The notes beneath the pieces are model-generated. The model saw nothing but the letters and a program-made list of their open reading frames with translations. It was not told the origin of the DNA and searched no databases. A program made the position numbers and the translations under genes. Of a stretch of 64,000 nt of DNA, positions 60,219 to 64,000 are shown one piece after another; position 1 is the first letter of the stretch; each line of letters begins with the position of its first letter. Source of the stretch: Eledone cirrhosa (lineage: Eukaryota); the NCBI GenBank assembly GCA_964016885.1, contig OZ024742.1, forward strand, positions 247,752,001 through 247,816,000, read 5' to 3'.

Positions 60219-60606
60219 ATATTGGTAAACGGAATAGAAAATGCTGACAAATTGTTCACAGTTGAAAAATGCTTTAATTAGGAATAAAAGAGTATTAGTG
60301 ATTGTATGGATTAGTATTCAGTTGTGGTTTTAAGTTTTTAAGTTTTTACCGGTTGCGCATTTCTAAATGCTTTTCAAAAATAATTTTGAGATAGAGTCTC
60401 CGTGCTGTTTGCTCTGATCTCACGGACACTCTATCTCAAAATTATTTTTGAAAAGCATTTAGAAATGCGCAACCGGTAAAAACTTAAAAACTTAAAACCA
60501 CAACTGAATACTAACCCATACAATCACTAATACTCTTTTATTCCTAATTAAACCATTTTTCAACTGTGAACAATTTGTCAGCATTTTCTATTCCGTTTAC
60601 CAATAT
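60219..60606. repeat. Fold-back element: ~186-bp near-perfect inverted arms with a 16-nt loop, in (TA)n
   Basis: 60219-60404 is the reverse complement of 60421-60606. It contains a TTGAAAA..GAAA-TGCGCA relic. Confidence 0.92.
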
Positions 60607-60841
60607 ATAATAACTTGTGTGTTACACCTCTATTCTTTTAACTATATATACATATATATATATATACATATATATAGATGAGCGTAGGAGAATCATGTAT
60701 CTATAGATATATATTTTAAGAACGTGAATCTAATTATATTGATTATAAAAAAATTTATTGTAGTGTAAGCTACGAATGTATATGGTTAATTATAATAATT
60801 ATGTGAGTAAATATATAAACGTATTCGAAAGGAATAGTTTT

Positions 60842-61176
60842 TAATGCGAACATCTGAATTTTGAGTTGAGATATTCATTGGAAGATTATAAACCGTGAAG
60901 TAGTCTACTTTTGTCATTGGTTCAAAGCCCACATTTGTTTTATCCTATGGTATGAGGACTTTGCTTTTCTAGTATTCTCGATTATTTTTCATGGAGTATA
61001 TTTTTGTCGTTTAATTTCCTTATATTGTTCCCTGGGGAAGTTCCTAATTTCATTTCAGGGTGTCTGATGGACAATGACCTTTGCTTAAACCGGTCTTGAC
61101 CCATACCCACAAAACTTTTGTTGGTTATAGCTAGGCTGCTCTTCCGAGGTGTAACGTTAGTTTCATATATTATCGA
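60842..61176 (-). pseudogene. Third PLE GIY-YIG endonuclease remnant (absent from the ORF track)
   Basis: SIIYETNVTPRKSSLAITNKSFVGMGQDRFKQRSLSIRHPEMKLGTSPGNNIRKLNDKNILHEK*SRILEKQSPHTIG*NKCGL*TNDK, colinear with the other two copies. Confidence 0.75.
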
Positions 61177-61260
61177 ATTTGAAAATTTCGATCAACTTTG
61201 GCTCAACTTATAATAAAAAATAAAATTTCGCTTCGAGCATAGCTTTATACAATATGTATG

Positions 61261-61412
61261 AGGCGGTGGATTGGCAGCATAGTTACGTCCCTTTACGATC
61301 TGAGTTCAAATCCCGCCGAGGTTGACTTTGCCTTTCATCCTTACGGGGTCGATAAAATAAGGTACCAGTAATGAACTGGGTGTTTTCTGGCCTTGTGCCT
61401 AAAGTAGAAACA
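61261..61412 (+). mobile_element. Nin/Deu-domain SINE with 10-bp target-site duplication
   Basis: AATATGTATG occurs at 61251-61260 and 61413-61422. The empty site is visible in the opposite arm (~61655-61670). Confidence 0.9.
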
Positions 61413-61511
61413 AATATGTATGGAAGTTTTTAGGAAGCCATAGCTATGTAAACACCCCTAGGGGGCTAACGCCCCCTGGTGATATCCAGTAGAAGCAAGG
61501 GGGGGGGGACA

Positions 61512-61555
61512 ACCATCTATGCATTTCAGGCATGAATGGCCATCGTCAGGACGAT
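61512..61555 (-). ncRNA. Minimal type-I hammerhead ribozyme
   Basis: ATCGTC-CTGACGA-t ggc cattcat gcc t-GAAA-TGCA-TA-GATGGT. The plus-strand twin at 61827-61870 has C3A. Confidence 0.85.
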
Positions 61556-62285
61556 CCCTCCCCCTTCTTGCGACTGCTGGACTTGCTTCTACTGCATACC
61601 ACCAGGGGGCGTTAGCTCCCCGGTGTTTACATAGCTACGGCTTCCTAAAAACTTCAATACATATTGTATAAAGCTATGCTCGAAGCGAAATTTTCTTTTT
61701 TATTATAAGTTGAGCCAACTTATGCAGCTTCATATGTAAATGAGATTAATCACCTCATTTACACAGACTTAAAAACTATATATTCTCGGCAGTTTTCAAG
61801 TCCAGCAGTCGCAAGAGGGGGATGGGATCGTCATGACGATGGCCACTCAAGCCTGAAATGCATAGACGGTTGTCTCCCCTTCTTTCTACTGTGTAAACAC
61901 CCCCGGTGTTTACATAGCTCCGGCTTCCTAAAAACTTCAATGCATTATCGAATTTATATTACAAATCTTTTGCAGGATCATCAGGGTTCTTCTGTAAATA
62001 TATATTTTGTAATTAATATCGACTTCAAGGAAAGCCTACATGAATAACTTAACTGTGTAGGTTTCCTCTTGAAGAGTCTAATCTATCTGGGCAGTTGTCT
62101 TAAATTAAGGCTATTCTTGCCGAAATATAATGTCACAACTACTTCACAACATGTGTGAGAACAACAAAAACTAATGTGCAAAATGTGTTATCCATCACCA
62201 GTGACGGTTATTAGTGATACTTGTATATGTTGATTATACACAGATATACTCTATATATGGAACATTATGTTTTAGTGCTACTGTT

Positions 62286-62444
<159 letters not shown>

Positions 62445-62538
62445 ATGGTGTATGCATAGGAATCTGTGAGTGTGTACTTTCTAGTGTAAGTATACATACA
62501 TACGTACATACAGACACATCCACACACACACACATAAA

Positions 62539-62665
<127 letters not shown>

Positions 62666-63020
62666 GTGTGTGTAGATATATATGTAGGTATGTATACATT
62701 TTTGCTGACAGTTCCAAAGACTAGCAACATGTCATATTTTATAACACATCCAAAACTGCAGGTTTTATTAAAAATTCTATCCACAATTGTACTGCTCCTC
62801 CGTTGTTCATGAAATAAATATTAAAACTTATCAACGAAACAACAATAACAACAACAGTATCACAGCAACAACAGCAACATATTAAAAAAGTATTACGAAA
62901 AAAAAAATACAAGGAAGACTGATGTAACATTTAAAATAGAAAATTTTTCTTCTTACGAATATTTGAAAGATATATGGTTGTAATGACTATGTAGTGTATA
63001 TCAGCATATATGTTTATACA

Positions 63021-63058
<38 letters not shown>

Positions 63059-63240
63059 TATATATATAGACATGTATATATATATATGCATGTATATGCA
63101 TATACATTTATTATAATATAAACTTATACATTGTAAACAATATACATACACACATATATATATACATATATATAATTACATATACATATATATATATATA
63201 TATAATTATATATATGTATATATATATATATATGTGTATT

Positions 63241-63332
<92 letters not shown>

Positions 63333-63466
63333 TATACATACATCCATATATACATATATGTATACACACACACATGTATATATATATATATACATACATA
63401 TATGTATGAGTAAGTTATATATAATGCTTGTTAAGGAATCGATGTATATGAAATATCCATAAATAT

Positions 63467-63509
63467 CTAATTTCTTGTTTTCTTTTTTCTCTTCTCTTTG
63501 TAGGTAAGT
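63467..63509 (+). promoter_or_regulatory. Candidate recursive splice site (3' splice site directly followed by a 5' splice site)
   Basis: Branch-point-like CTAAT, a ~29-nt polypyrimidine tract, then TAG|GTAAGT. Confidence 0.55.
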
Positions 63510-63549
63510 TTTCCTCAAGAAACACCTATCAATATCGGAACATGCAAGT

Positions 63550-63621
<72 letters not shown>

Positions 63622-63935
63622 ACACGCAAATATACACGCCATTCATATGTACATATACGAACACACGTACAGACACACATATATATACATATATATATAC
63701 ATATATATATACATATATATATATATATACATATATATTTATAAGAGTGTGTGTCTGTATTTATGCACATGGACATATATATATATATATATGTTTTAGT
63801 GTATATTTTAAAGCGTGTCCGTGTATCTTAGCGAGTGTGTATATTATGAATTATGTTGTTAAACCGCTCTTGAATTAACTTCTAAGCTATTTTCGGAATA
63901 CCATACATATGCCAAGTAAGTAGTAACTTGTAAAA

Positions 63936-63984
<49 letters not shown>

Positions 63985-64000
63985 GCTACTGCTGCTGCTG

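Larger units (their letters stand above)
61198..61940. mobile_element. Family D composite inverted/tandem insertion with two HHR copies
   Basis: 61198-61497 (excluding the SINE) is inverted relative to 61583-61718, and 61508-61584 is inverted relative to 61797-61875. Confidence 0.8.

Overview
AT-rich, microsatellite-saturated eukaryotic non-coding DNA. The SINE repertoire suggests a coleoid cephalopod, probably Octopus (inference). No intact host protein-coding gene is visible, and nearly all ORFs in the track are translations of (TA)n/(CA)n/(GA)n tracts. The window is dominated by a Penelope-like element (PLE) system. It contains one PLE RT remnant and three decayed GIY-YIG endonuclease regions with CxCx5C/KCxLC motifs (Hydra-clade-like). 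It also contains many short non-coding elements inserted in (TA)n, as fold-back hairpins or partial tandems. At least seven unrelated families carry type-I hammerhead ribozyme (HHR) motifs, most with a palindromic stem III whose sequence differs between families. These include U3:A8 core variants and a 432-bp tandem repeat with one HHR per unit (candidate retrozyme/circRNA). Many of the elements share a subterminal TTGAGTRCT motif. Also present: Nin/Deu- and CORE-type tRNA SINEs, Helitron remnants, a 5S rRNA pseudogene, RTE-like fragments and a textbook recursive-splice-site-like motif at ~63.5 kb. Family letters A-I are my own labels. All structures were read by eye, so coordinates are approximate to a few nt.
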